Virus record (IMG/VR): IMGVR_UViG_3300023073_000003
Coordinates: 4,944 to 68,943 of that record
Reading direction: 5' to 3' (one strand)
Length of the DNA stretch: 64,000 nt
From: a virus
Taxonomy: Duplodnaviria; Caudoviricetes
The translations under genes and the position numbers were made by a program. Of this stretch, positions 54,269-63,014 are shown piece by piece (position 1 is the stretch's first letter; the number at the start of each line of letters is the position of its first letter). The notes under the pieces were generated by a model that saw only the letters and a list, made by a program, of their open reading frames with translations, ran no database searches and was not told the DNA's origin.

Positions 54269-54415
54269 TTATTCGGCGTCGTCGGTTGCGTCACCCTCTT
54301 CGGTGTCGTCGGCCGGCGCATCGGCATCGGGCTCGGGCGTGGGCTCCGGGTCGATCTGCGCGGTTGCGGCAACGGCATCTTCGGCTTCGACAGCAGTGTT
54401 CTCGGTCTCGCCCAT
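54269..54415 (-). CDS. 48-aa hyper-acidic peptide (not in ORF track)
   Basis: GGAGG RBS; MGETENTAVEAEDAVAATAQIDPEPTPEPDADAPADDTEEGDATDDAE*. Confidence 0.7.
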   Translation of the reverse strand: MGETENTAVEAEDAVAATAQIDPEPTPEPDADAPADDTEEGDATDDAE

Positions 54416-54504
54416 GATCAGGTCCTCCGTGGGGTTTGAACGCCTCGAATGAAGCGCGGTCCGGCATGTGTTGCATGGGCGCGGGGTGGGCGCAAGGGGG
54501 TCCG

Positions 54505-54581
54505 TGGCGGCCCTGACAGGACTCGAACCTGTGGCCCTCAGTTTAGGAAACTGTCGCTCTGTCCTGCTGAGCTACAGGGTC
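54505..54581 (-). tRNA. tRNA-Arg(CCT)
   Basis: 77 nt; TAGCTCAG...GGA D-arm with A20, anticodon loop TT-CCT-AA, GGTTCGAGTCC T-arm, encoded CCA; mismatches at 2:71 and 27:43. Confidence 0.92.
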
Positions 54582-54594
54582 GTGCCACGAACTG

Positions 54595-54626
54595 AAAAGG
54601 GGTCGGACGCTTGCACGCCCGACCCC
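54595..54626 (-). terminator. hairpin with GCAA tetraloop and TTTT just upstream of the tRNA
   Basis: - strand GGGGTCGGGCGT-GCAA-GCGTCCGACCCC-TTTT. Confidence 0.6.
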
Positions 54627-54801
54627 TCCATTAGCCGGTTCAAGCGAGACCCCCGGAGGAGATGAAGCTGAGCGCTGCCAATAACCCCTAGTGGCATAGC
54701 CGTTTGAGGCTGGTCAATAGGGAAAATTTCGCTAGGGTGGCGGGGCAGGTAGCGTGTCGAGCGCCGGCCTGCCCCTAGCATGGTCTCAGGAGGACCCGCC
54801 T

Positions 54802-55323
54802 ATGAAACCCTTACCCTCGCCCGCGTACCTGCACAAGCGCCTGCGTTATGTGCCGTCGACCGGCAAGCTCTACTGGAAGCACTACCCACCGCACGGGGTG
54901 TCGTGGAACGCGCGCTGCGCGGGCAAGGAGGTGTGCTGCACCTTCAACAGCAACGGATACCCGTGCCTCAAGATCGACCGCGTGAAGCGCCCGATGCACC
55001 GCATCATCTGGGCGATGGTCACCGGCCGCTGGACGGTGAAGCCGCTCGACCATCAGGACCACGACAAGTCGAACAATCGCATCCGCAACCTACGGGTCAC
55101 CACGCACCTCGGCAATGTCCGTAACCAGAAGCTGAATGTGGCCAACACGAGCGGCGTGTCGGGGGTCGTTTGGCATGCCCGTGACCAACGGTGGTTTGCC
55201 CGCATCGGGAACGGGAAAGAGGTGATCCACCTTGGGTCCTACGTGCGCTTCGAGGACGCGGTCGCTAGGCGCCGGCGCGCTGAGGTGAAATACGGATACC
55301 ACGAGAACCACGGGTCCTCCTAG
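54802..55323 (+). CDS. HNH-AP2 homing endonuclease (paralog of 50503..51018)
   Basis: KPLPSPAYLHKRLRY.PSTGKLYW shared; MHRIIW, LDHQDHDKSNNRIRNLR, NTSGVSGV; GGAGG RBS. Confidence 0.9.
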   Translation: MKPLPSPAYLHKRLRYVPSTGKLYWKHYPPHGVSWNARCAGKEVCCTFNSNGYPCLKIDRVKRPMHRIIWAMVTGRWTVKPLDHQDHDKSNNRIRNLRVTTHLGNVRNQKLNVANTSGVSGVVWHARDQRWFARIGNGKEVIHLGSYVRFEDAVARRRRAEVKYGYHENHGSS

Positions 55324-55668
55324 GTTCCATTGACGGGGGGTCTCCCTAATAGCGGAGGGGTAGTATCCCCGGATTTATAATAATGATCATCGAATGTGCA
55401 AAACACTAATAAGGGGGCGCGCGCGGGAACCTAACTCACAGCTGCCCCCCTGCCCCCCGGTGGGTTGCGCAGCCTTACCGACGGTAAGGACCCCCTCCCC
55501 CCTCCTAGCCTATTGAAAACACACGATAATTCTACCCCTCTTGCTATTAGTAACGTATCTATAGCAGAGAAGGGTTGCCGGAAGGGAGACATCCTTCCGG
55601 TAGCGGGATTTCCCCGCAACCCTCCCTCCGCCTAGCGGACCGGGTTTTGACATCGTTGGAGAAGTGAA
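55324..55668. promoter_or_regulatory. non-coding divergence region between the arms (possible genome end/pac and early promoters)
   Basis: 345-nt gap with AT-rich patches, G/C runs, inverted repeats and one CTTAC-N5-GTAAG site. Confidence 0.55.
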
Positions 55669-56532
55669 ATGGCTACCAAGCCAACACCTAAGCTCTCGTC
55701 AAAGACTGACGCGAACTACAAGACTTTGCTTGTTGCGCAGGCAAAGATCGAAGCCCAAATTGCGGCTGCAGCTGAGAAGCTGGAAGCCGAGGGCAAGGGC
55801 GAGACTGAGACTGTCTCGCCGGTCGACGCCAAGGCGGCCAAGGCCAAGGCTGCGGCCAAGGTCAAGGCGGAAGATGCGGCCGCAAAAGCGGCGCGCAAGG
55901 ATGCCGACGCCAAGGCCAAGGCGGCCAAGGATGAGGTCGCCAAATCCGAGGAGCAGCGCGAGCGCGACATGGATGAGGCGGAAGTCTCGGAAATGCGCGA
56001 CATGGCGCGCAAGCTGAATAGCTTGAGCAAGGCCATGGCGAACTACGCGGCCGATACCAAGCGGACGCTGATGAGCCGGGGTGCGTTGGGCGTCATGCTC
56101 AACAACGACCTCTCGCCACAGCTGAAGGCAATCCCGCGCCTCGCGGGGCTGCACTGGACGGACGTCAATTCCAAGAATGCCGATTGCGAGGCGATGAAGG
56201 TCCTCCTGACCAACATCGAGAACCATCGCAAGGCATACGTGGACATCTACGTCACTCCGCAGGAGGACATCGGCTACAAGGGTGGCACGAAGAATGCCAG
56301 CTACAAGTCGTGGTCCGACATGCGGACGCTCGCCAAGAAGCTGGACGGGTTCGCCCCTCCGCCGCGCGATCCGAAGCCGCTCGTGACCAAGGTCAAGGTC
56401 GACCTGACCAAGCTGTATCGGGCAGGGCAGGTCGCAGGGTTAAGCCCCAAGATCGACAAGGCGATTGCCGACATCGGCAAAATCCTTCGGGACCTTGGCG
56501 TCGACCTCAGCGAGTTGACCAAGAGCGTCTGA
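55669..56532 (+). CDS. first early gene; Lys/Ala-rich hypothetical protein
   Basis: GGAGA RBS; KAAKAKAAAK segment; own terminator. Confidence 0.8.
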   Translation: MATKPTPKLSSKTDANYKTLLVAQAKIEAQIAAAAEKLEAEGKGETETVSPVDAKAAKAKAAAKVKAEDAAAKAARKDADAKAKAAKDEVAKSEEQRERDMDEAEVSEMRDMARKLNSLSKAMANYAADTKRTLMSRGALGVMLNNDLSPQLKAIPRLAGLHWTDVNSKNADCEAMKVLLTNIENHRKAYVDIYVTPQEDIGYKGGTKNASYKSWSDMRTLAKKLDGFAPPPRDPKPLVTKVKVDLTKLYRAGQVAGLSPKIDKAIADIGKILRDLGVDLSELTKSV

Positions 56533-56538
56533 CCTAAA

Positions 56539-56570
56539 GGGAGGCTGGCACATTGCCAGCCTCCCCCTTC
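56539..56570 (+). terminator. terminator-like hairpin
   Basis: 12-bp stem GGGAGGCTGGCA/TGCCAGCCTCCC; weak U-tract. Confidence 0.65.
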
Positions 56571-56581
56571 GGAGAATACCA

Positions 56582-56827
56582 ATGGACGCTAGAGTAATGA
56601 GACAGCTGCACATACTAGGCGAGGAACGCGACGCGCGTCGCGCCGAAGCCGAGCAGCGCAACGAGGCGCGTGCTACGTTAGCAATCCTACTGACTGGTAT
56701 TGCGCGAATGAAACAGGCGGTGCCGGCTGGCAAGCTAGGTCCCGCGCATGCACGCTACTACAACGCACGTAGGGACGTACGCGCGTTCGCGGCTGCCTAC
56801 CAGCTTACCCTGCCTTCTGACTTCTAA
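56582..56827 (+). CDS. small Arg/Ala-rich hypothetical protein
   Basis: GGAGA RBS; atypical codon usage. Confidence 0.6.
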   Translation: MDARVMRQLHILGEERDARRAEAEQRNEARATLAILLTGIARMKQAVPAGKLGPAHARYYNARRDVRAFAAAYQLTLPSDF

Positions 56828-56832
56828 CGTAT

Positions 56833-56860
56833 CCGCCGCCCGATTTCGGGCGGCGGGTTT
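56833..56860 (+). terminator. Rho-independent terminator
   Basis: 10-bp stem CCGCCGCCCG/CGGGCGGCGG followed by GTTT. Confidence 0.7.
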
Positions 56861-57446
56861 CGTGATAGTGATTTATGTGTGTGCGCGTCTCGTTCACCAC
56901 GTTACCAGCGTAGCACCAAGGGTGTAGCTACCTTACTAGTGGTAAGACATACCTACATACGTATCAGGAGGTAGCGGCCCCTGAGACCCCCCTGATGTCT
57001 GTGTGTGACTATGATGCCGGTTTATAATTATACAAAAGTGTTACCTTACGTCAGTAAGGATCACGTAAGTTATTGATCTAGGGCGCTATATACACTGTAA
57101 ATTATACAATTACACAAAAGGGGGTCTGGAATTACACGAGGTAAGTTATTGATATACATACAATAGATCAATTATACGCGCGTAGCACGAAAAACAACAA
57201 ACCCCCGTTGTGATCGGGTGTGTTCGCGGGTTCCGGCATCTCTCTCGCGCATGCGCGCGCACATGGGGGTGTATGTTTTTTTTTGCGTATAATTGTATGT
57301 TTGTATAAATAGATAGATAAGAGTAGAAGAAGAAAGGATTTTCCCGACACCAGCTTATACGCTCGTAACAAATTCTGTAAAATTACCCCCATGTTCTTCC
57401 GCGTAACCCGTTGTATGGTAAGCAAAACACTTTGTCTAATTATCCC
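56861..57446. other. AT-rich non-coding region, candidate replication origin
   Basis: marked GC drop; repeated AATTAYAC, two GTAAGTTATTGAT copies, T9 run. Confidence 0.55.
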
Positions 57447-57476
57447 TTGACCCTCCACCCTCTCCTGTGCTACTCC
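57447..57476 (+). promoter_or_regulatory. sigma70-like promoter, probably leaderless, for the RHH gene
   Basis: TTGACC...GCTACTCC a few nt before ATG 57483, no RBS. Confidence 0.5.
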
Positions 57477-57482
57477 GCGCCT

Positions 57483-57878
57483 ATGAAACAGGTGAACATC
57501 CGCATCGAACCTGCTGACTACCTCCGGTGGGGCGCGCACGCTACCGCTGCTGGGCTCAGTGTCCCGGCATTCGTTCGGCAGCTTGTCGAGCAACACCTCG
57601 CCACGGCTCCGCCTCCATCCCTGCGCATCGTCGTGCACTCCCAAACCCCCGAGGGTCAACGCCGCGCCGCCCGTGCCGAGGCACGCGCCGTGCGCAAGGC
57701 TGCCGAGCGTGCCGAGGCACGGGCGGCGCGCAACACCGCCAAGGAGCAGGTCCGCCACAAGCGCGCACTCGCCCAAGCCCAAGTGGAGCAGGCCCGCGAC
57801 GCCGCACGCCGCGCGCGCACGCGCGCACGAGCGCGCGCTCGCCGCAACCCGAACTACGTGCCCGGCTGGGATGACTAG
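57483..57878 (+). CDS. ribbon-helix-helix (CopG/Arc-like) DNA-binding protein with Arg/Ala-rich tail
   Basis: MKQVNIRIEPADYLRW..HA.AAGLSVPAFVRQLVEQHL. Confidence 0.75.
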   Translation: MKQVNIRIEPADYLRWGAHATAAGLSVPAFVRQLVEQHLATAPPPSLRIVVHSQTPEGQRRAARAEARAVRKAAERAEARAARNTAKEQVRHKRALAQAQVEQARDAARRARTRARARARRNPNYVPGWDD

Positions 57879-57964
57879 CTCCTTACGTTGGTAAGGATAC
57901 TCATGATAGCACTCGTCGGCCCAAGACCAAATCCGCGCGTTCTGCAAACGCCGACCTAGATCAC

Positions 57965-57992
57965 TTGAACAGTGCACCTACTCTGCTATACT
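57965..57992 (+). promoter_or_regulatory. sigma70-like early promoter
   Basis: TTGAAC-16 nt-TATACT (GCTATACT), followed by AAGGA RBS. Confidence 0.75.
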
Positions 57993-58017
57993 TAAAGCTC
58001 AGAGAAAGGACACGCAC

Positions 58018-58746
58018 ATGCAGACGTACACGACCGGCCGCCTAGTCAGCACGCCAGACACCGACGAATATCTTACGTTAGTAAGGGAACGCTTCCTCCC
58101 GCAGGGTATCCTCCGCGCCGAGGCCGAGCAGTCCCGCACCACCGGCAAGTTCTTCGTGCGCTTCACCTTGCGCGACGGCACGACCTGCCTGCACCACACG
58201 CGCATGCGGTTCGACCGGATGATCGAGGCGATGGAGTTCGCTCACGCCTGCGTGCAGGGCCAGCATCAACCCGCCATCCTGCAGAAGCTGCCGGCCCGCC
58301 ACACCAACACGACCGCCAGAGGCACACCTCTCGCTCTTACCACTAGTAAGATAAGCCCAACCCTCGACGAGCTCATCACCTCACACGGCCCGCGCCGCGC
58401 ATGGGCCTCAGAGGTGAAGCGCCTCACCCGCGCCGCGTTCGACTGCAGAGACCCCAAGCAGCGCTCCTACACGATGCGCTTGCTCACCCACGCCCGTCAG
58501 CAAGCCGACGCCTATGAGTTCGACCTGCCGCCCGTGCCCGTCCACCAGATCGTCGAGCCCGAGTTCGTCCGGCCGCTGCACCGCACCGTGCGCCGCTCGC
58601 GGCCGAGCATGGAGCTCACCGCCGACGACGTCATCAACCTCGCCCTTGCCGAAGCCCACGAAGAGGAAGCCCACGACATCGACACCGAGATCGCAGCCAA
58701 CCGCCTCATCCGCCAACTCCTGCAGGAAGCGCACGCCCATGTATAA
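58018..58746 (+). CDS. hypothetical early protein
   Basis: ORF downstream of promoter and RBS. Confidence 0.75.
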   Translation: MQTYTTGRLVSTPDTDEYLTLVRERFLPQGILRAEAEQSRTTGKFFVRFTLRDGTTCLHHTRMRFDRMIEAMEFAHACVQGQHQPAILQKLPARHTNTTARGTPLALTTSKISPTLDELITSHGPRRAWASEVKRLTRAAFDCRDPKQRSYTMRLLTHARQQADAYEFDLPPVPVHQIVEPEFVRPLHRTVRRSRPSMELTADDVINLALAEAHEEEAHDIDTEIAANRLIRQLLQEAHAHV

Positions 58747-58924
58747 GCCTGTCTTCGACATCCTCCCGCCCGAGCCGGCACCCGTGCCGCTCCTCATCGA
58801 TCCCGACGTCGTCGAGGTCTTGACCGAGCTCGCCGACACCACCAGCCATGCAGTCCGCCGCACCATCACCGTCAGCGAGATCATACGTCAGCTGCTGGAC
58901 CGCTGTGGCCACTACTACTCGTAA
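58739..58924 (+). CDS. small RHH-like protein
   Basis: VPLLIDPDVVEVLTELA...TVSEIIRQLLD. Confidence 0.5.
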   Translation: MYKPVFDILPPEPAPVPLLIDPDVVEVLTELADTTSHAVRRTITVSEIIRQLLDRCGHYYS

Positions 58925-58940
58925 GAAGGAGACCGACACC

Positions 58941-59531
58941 GTGAAGAAGTATCTCAAGAACCTGCCGAGCGCGCAGCGCCCGAAGAAGTCCGTCCGCAAG
59001 GCATGGAAGCGCTGGCTGCGCGGGCAAGCGCCCGTCATCCTCCTGTACGACGAGCATGCGCCCGGCCTACCTGTCCCGGCGCGCGCGCTGCGCGCCCTCG
59101 ATGAGATGCTGTCCGTGCCACGCGGCTGGGACGAAGTGCCGGCTGGCACCGAGCACATGGACGGTCCTGCCGTGTGCCGCATGGGTGAACCCACGCCCAC
59201 CGAGGACGACCTCCACGCCTACAAGCCCATCTCGAACAAGCTCGTGCGCGAAGCCAACCGTGCCGTCCGCGCGCTGATCGCGCACGACGAACTCTACGCG
59301 CAGCACTTCGTCACCCACTGGCACGATGAACTCCTGTCCGCGCTCCCGCCCGAGGTCGTCGCCGAAGAGGAGGCCAACGCCGACCACTTGGCCGCCGTCG
59401 ACGCGCTCAGCCGCGCCTGTGCCGAGCAGCTGGCCGACCTGCGCGCCCTCGGCTTGGATGCCGTCATCCACTTCCTCGCCGTCGAGCTCGCGGGCTACCG
59501 CGAGGAGCAGGCGACGGGCGCGCCGAACTGA
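58941..59531 (+). CDS. hypothetical early protein
   Basis: AAGGAG RBS, GTG start. Confidence 0.7.
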   Translation: MKKYLKNLPSAQRPKKSVRKAWKRWLRGQAPVILLYDEHAPGLPVPARALRALDEMLSVPRGWDEVPAGTEHMDGPAVCRMGEPTPTEDDLHAYKPISNKLVREANRAVRALIAHDELYAQHFVTHWHDELLSALPPEVVAEEEANADHLAAVDALSRACAEQLADLRALGLDAVIHFLAVELAGYREEQATGAPN

Positions 59532-59725
59532 TGCCGCGCGCTCGCACCCGCCCACCCGTCCTGATCAAGGGCCAGACCCTGCAGGCATGGCGCGACTGGC
59601 TCACCGATGAGCTCACGCCGCCCATCGTCGCCAAGCCCGAGACCAAGTATGTTCTCGAAGCCATGCTCGAACTGATCGAGCTTACCATCCGTAAGAAGGA
59701 GACCACACCCGATGCCAACATCTGA
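59531..59725 (+). CDS. small hypothetical protein
   Basis: TGATG coupling. Confidence 0.65.
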   Translation: MPRARTRPPVLIKGQTLQAWRDWLTDELTPPIVAKPETKYVLEAMLELIELTIRKKETTPDANI

Positions 59726-59897
59726 CCACACCTCCGCCGAGCGGCGCGCGGCGGCGATCATCGTCGCCAACCGCGCCATCGAGCGCCTCGCCGAGGAGGA
59801 CATCTATGCCGCCTGCGCATTCGTCGCCGAGTGGTACTCCACCCTCCACGCGCGGCTGCCCAAGCTGATCGAAGAGGTTCCGCACCACCATGTCTAA
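59712..59897 (+). CDS. small hypothetical protein
   Basis: AAGGAG RBS. Confidence 0.65.
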   Translation: MPTSDHTSAERRAAAIIVANRAIERLAEEDIYAACAFVAEWYSTLHARLPKLIEEVPHHHV

Positions 59898-60066
59898 GGA
59901 ACTGCTCGCCGGCATGTCCGTGCTGCTGTTCGCCTACACCGGCATCAGTGCGCTCATGGCCATGCACGCCGCCCACCGCCACCACAAGCGCGACACCATC
60001 GGCTTCACCTGCCTGACGTTCGCCTTGGGTGTGCTCACGCTCGTAGCGAAAGGAATGTCCCAGTGA
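59890..60066 (+). CDS. 58-aa two-helix membrane protein (not in ORF track)
   Basis: MSKELLAGMSVLLFAYTGISALMAM...TIGFTCLTFALGVLTLVAKGMSQ*. Confidence 0.55.
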   Translation: MSKELLAGMSVLLFAYTGISALMAMHAAHRHHKRDTIGFTCLTFALGVLTLVAKGMSQ

Positions 60067-60321
60067 CCCATTTGCAACCGCCCCGTCCGCAACACGACCG
60101 GGGCTATCTGCGCACGCTCAGCAACGACGTGCTTCGGCAGATCGCCAACACCCACCCCATCGAGCCGGCATTGGCACAGGAACTCTGCGTCGTGCTGGCC
60201 GAACGTCTGGGCCGCTACTGATGACAAGCGATGGCTGGATCGCCCTCGCCCTCATCATCATCGGGCTCGTGCTGAGCATAGCAGCTGCCCTCGACGGCAA
60301 CACATAAGGAGTACACGACCA

Positions 60322-61209
60322 ATGTCACTGAAGTGGAACACGTTAAGGGCAATGCCCTCGCTCCCCAACTATGCGCGCGCCGCCGCGTACGAGGCCGGCG
60401 TCAAGCCGATGCGCGGCCGCAAGCTCAAGCCGCTGGGCCGGCGCACGCACACCCACCAGACCATCGAGCGCTTGGCCGATGGCTCGATCTGCATCTGCAT
60501 CCCCCTCTGGAACGGCCACGTCTCTCCACCCGGCGGCCCGCCCAAGGACACGCTGATCCACTACCGCGTCGACGGCACCATCGTCCTTGCTGGCACGCAC
60601 GGCAGCGCGCGAGCGACCGAGTGCGAGATCATCGATCATGTGCTGGGCTGGAACGTACACTCGAAGCACGGCAAGATGTGGGTCGAGACGACACAGGGAG
60701 CCGTTCCTGTGGCCTCCGGCCTGTCGACGGCCTTCCGGCCTAACTCGGCGCGCTACTGCAAGCCTGACCCCCTGCAGCCGCACGTCATGCAGGTCCACGC
60801 CATCGACCGCAAGGGTATTGCCGTGGCCCGCGCGCGCTACGGCAACTTCCTCAAGTTCGCGCGCGGTATGTCCAAGCTGCGCAACCTCGCCGACAACCCG
60901 CTCACCCACGACGAGCTCGTCAATATGTTCGGCACCAACAAGTACGGTTATGTCGCCGTGCCCGCATGCCCCGGCGACTGGAACTGGAAGCGCAGCGACC
61001 TGCTCACCATCCAAGCACATATGCTGAGCGACGAGCCGGTCGACCAGATGTGGGCCTACATGCTGTTCGCGCGCCACGGCAAGAACATGGCCACGCGGTT
61101 GACGAATGCTATCATAGCTCTGCACCCCGATGAGGCGCTCAAGCTCGTCGAGCATACCGATGGTAAGGTCCGCAAGGATAACTACCTTTGGGTGTTTAAG
61201 CAGAATTGA
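60322..61209 (+). CDS. hypothetical early protein, 295 aa
   Basis: TAAGGAG RBS; long ORF. Confidence 0.8.
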   Translation: MSLKWNTLRAMPSLPNYARAAAYEAGVKPMRGRKLKPLGRRTHTHQTIERLADGSICICIPLWNGHVSPPGGPPKDTLIHYRVDGTIVLAGTHGSARATECEIIDHVLGWNVHSKHGKMWVETTQGAVPVASGLSTAFRPNSARYCKPDPLQPHVMQVHAIDRKGIAVARARYGNFLKFARGMSKLRNLADNPLTHDELVNMFGTNKYGYVAVPACPGDWNWKRSDLLTIQAHMLSDEPVDQMWAYMLFARHGKNMATRLTNAIIALHPDEALKLVEHTDGKVRKDNYLWVFKQN

Positions 61210-61220
61210 GCTTAAACGGC

Positions 61221-61248
61221 TTGAATAGGTGTATTCACCTGCTACAAT
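61221..61248 (+). promoter_or_regulatory. sigma70-like promoter
   Basis: TTGAAT-16 nt-TACAAT (GCTACAAT); same style as 57965; spacer contains the inverted repeat AGGTG-tatt-CACCT. Confidence 0.75.
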
Positions 61249-61393
61249 AAGAAGATAAGAAGTGTGCACCAAAGCACACCCAAGACCAACCACCGAACCT
61301 TACTGGAGTAAGATCACCATGGACACCACCCACTTCGCCGCCCGTCCGGGCGGCGGCATTGACATGCGAGCCGTTTGAGGTAAGTTCACCCAC

Positions 61394-61882
61394 ATGAAAC
61401 ACGGCATGGCACCGCGTAACCAAGCGCGGCACTGGACCTATCGGCGCTGGCAGCACATGATCCAGCGCTGCCACAACCCCAACGACAATGACTATGCCCG
61501 CTACGGCGGCAAGGGCGTGCGCGTGTGTGACCGCTGGCGTTTCGGTGAGGGCAACATCTCTGGATACACGCTATTCATGGAGGACATCGGTAAGTATGCC
61601 AGCCGTAAACTCTCACTCGACCGCGTAGATAACAAGCGTGGGTATGAGCCCGGCAACGTGCGCTGGACAACTATGAAGGAGCAAGCAAACAACCGCCGCA
61701 ACACGCGCGTCCTAGTCGTGAGCGGCGTTACTAGGCCATTGTCCGAATGGTGTGTGATTTATAATATCGGACCTAAGACTGTACTGTATCGGCTACGTAT
61801 TGGTATGTCAGATGAGGCAGCCCTGCTGACGCCGGTCGCACCACGAAAACCACAAACAAGGAGCAACCAACACCATGGCTAA
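61394..61882 (+). CDS. HNH homing endonuclease
   Basis: TYRRWQHMIQRCHNP...YGGKGVRVCDRW...LSLDRVDNKRGYEPGNVRW.T..EQANN. Confidence 0.9.
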   Translation: MKHGMAPRNQARHWTYRRWQHMIQRCHNPNDNDYARYGGKGVRVCDRWRFGEGNISGYTLFMEDIGKYASRKLSLDRVDNKRGYEPGNVRWTTMKEQANNRRNTRVLVVSGVTRPLSEWCVIYNIGPKTVLYRLRIGMSDEAALLTPVAPRKPQTRSNQHHG

Positions 61883-62954
61883 TACACATATCAGCTTCGG
61901 CAGCACGCTGGACCTAGAAGAGACCGCGCAACTCATTGCCGTGTGCGGCGACGTCAACAAGTTTTTCCTACGTGGAGAACCAGGCATAGGCAAGTCCAGC
62001 ATCATGCGCACGCTCAAGGAAATCCTCGGCGAGCGCTACGCCTATGCCTATATCGACGTGTCGACGCTCGACTTGGGCGACATCGGTTTCCCCGGCATCA
62101 ACCATGACGAGCGCGTCGCCGAGTTCTTCCCGAACGTGCGCTTCGCGATCCACCGCAACATGCCGGTCGTGATCATGCTCGACGAGTTCACCAAGGGCAT
62201 GCAGCCGGTGCAGAACATGCTCCACCCGCTGCTCGAAGCCGACAACCCCCGGCTCGGCGACAAGCCGCTGCCGCCCGGCAGCATCGTGTTCCTGACCGGC
62301 AACCTCGGCAGCGACGGCGTCGGCGATACGCTCAAGGCGCACAGCATCGGGCGCATCACCGTGATCGACGTGCGCAAGCCCAATGCCGAACTGTGGCTGG
62401 GCTGGGCCGTCAACAACGACATCGACCCGGTCATCATGGCGTGGGTCAATCAGTTCCCGCATTGCCTTGAGAGCTACACCAGCGGCGATCAGGAGGGGAA
62501 CCCGTACATCTTCAACCCGAAGAAGCCGAACCGCTCCTACGTCTCGCCGCGCTCGCTGGCGCGGGCGAGCAATCCGGTCAGCCGGCGCGATCAGATCACG
62601 CCCAACGCACTGGTCGCCAGCCTGATTGGCACGCTCGGCGAGGCGGCCGCGCGCGACCTCCACGCCTATGTCGACTACCAAGACCAGTTGCCATTGTGGA
62701 GTGAGGTAGTTAAGAACCCTACCAAGGCGAAGCTGCCTGAGGCGCCCGGGGCTTGCGCGGTTATGATCTTTGGCGCAGTAACCAAGGTCACGGGCGAGAC
62801 CATCGACCCATGGATGACGTATATTGCTAGGATGGAACCGGAATGGCAAGCCGTGTTCGCCGTGAGCATTGCCAAGAACCCGCAGAAGCAGGGCGTCGCG
62901 TTCATGAGCCGTGCGTTCCGCGATTGGGTTTTGAAAAACGAAGACATACTTTAG
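61875..62954 (+). CDS. MoxR/AAA_5-like ATPase
   Basis: Walker A GEPGIGKS, Walker B IMLDEF, LTGNL.SDGVGD, SPRS. Confidence 0.88.
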   Translation: MANTHISFGSTLDLEETAQLIAVCGDVNKFFLRGEPGIGKSSIMRTLKEILGERYAYAYIDVSTLDLGDIGFPGINHDERVAEFFPNVRFAIHRNMPVVIMLDEFTKGMQPVQNMLHPLLEADNPRLGDKPLPPGSIVFLTGNLGSDGVGDTLKAHSIGRITVIDVRKPNAELWLGWAVNNDIDPVIMAWVNQFPHCLESYTSGDQEGNPYIFNPKKPNRSYVSPRSLARASNPVSRRDQITPNALVASLIGTLGEAAARDLHAYVDYQDQLPLWSEVVKNPTKAKLPEAPGACAVMIFGAVTKVTGETIDPWMTYIARMEPEWQAVFAVSIAKNPQKQGVAFMSRAFRDWVLKNEDIL

Positions 62955-63014
62955 GTTTTGGGTTGTTGCTTCCCTTCCGGATATGGGTTATGCCTTTGTC
63001 CGGAAGGAAACGCA

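Noticed and set aside
54597-54720. A second tRNA or tmRNA
   Set aside because: Only a simple hairpin; no T-arm or D-arm consensus.
55513-55565. Sigma70 promoter for gene 55669
   Set aside because: TTGAAA and TTGCTA lack a -10 box at acceptable spacing (13 nt to TATAGC), so I left the region as an unassigned control region.
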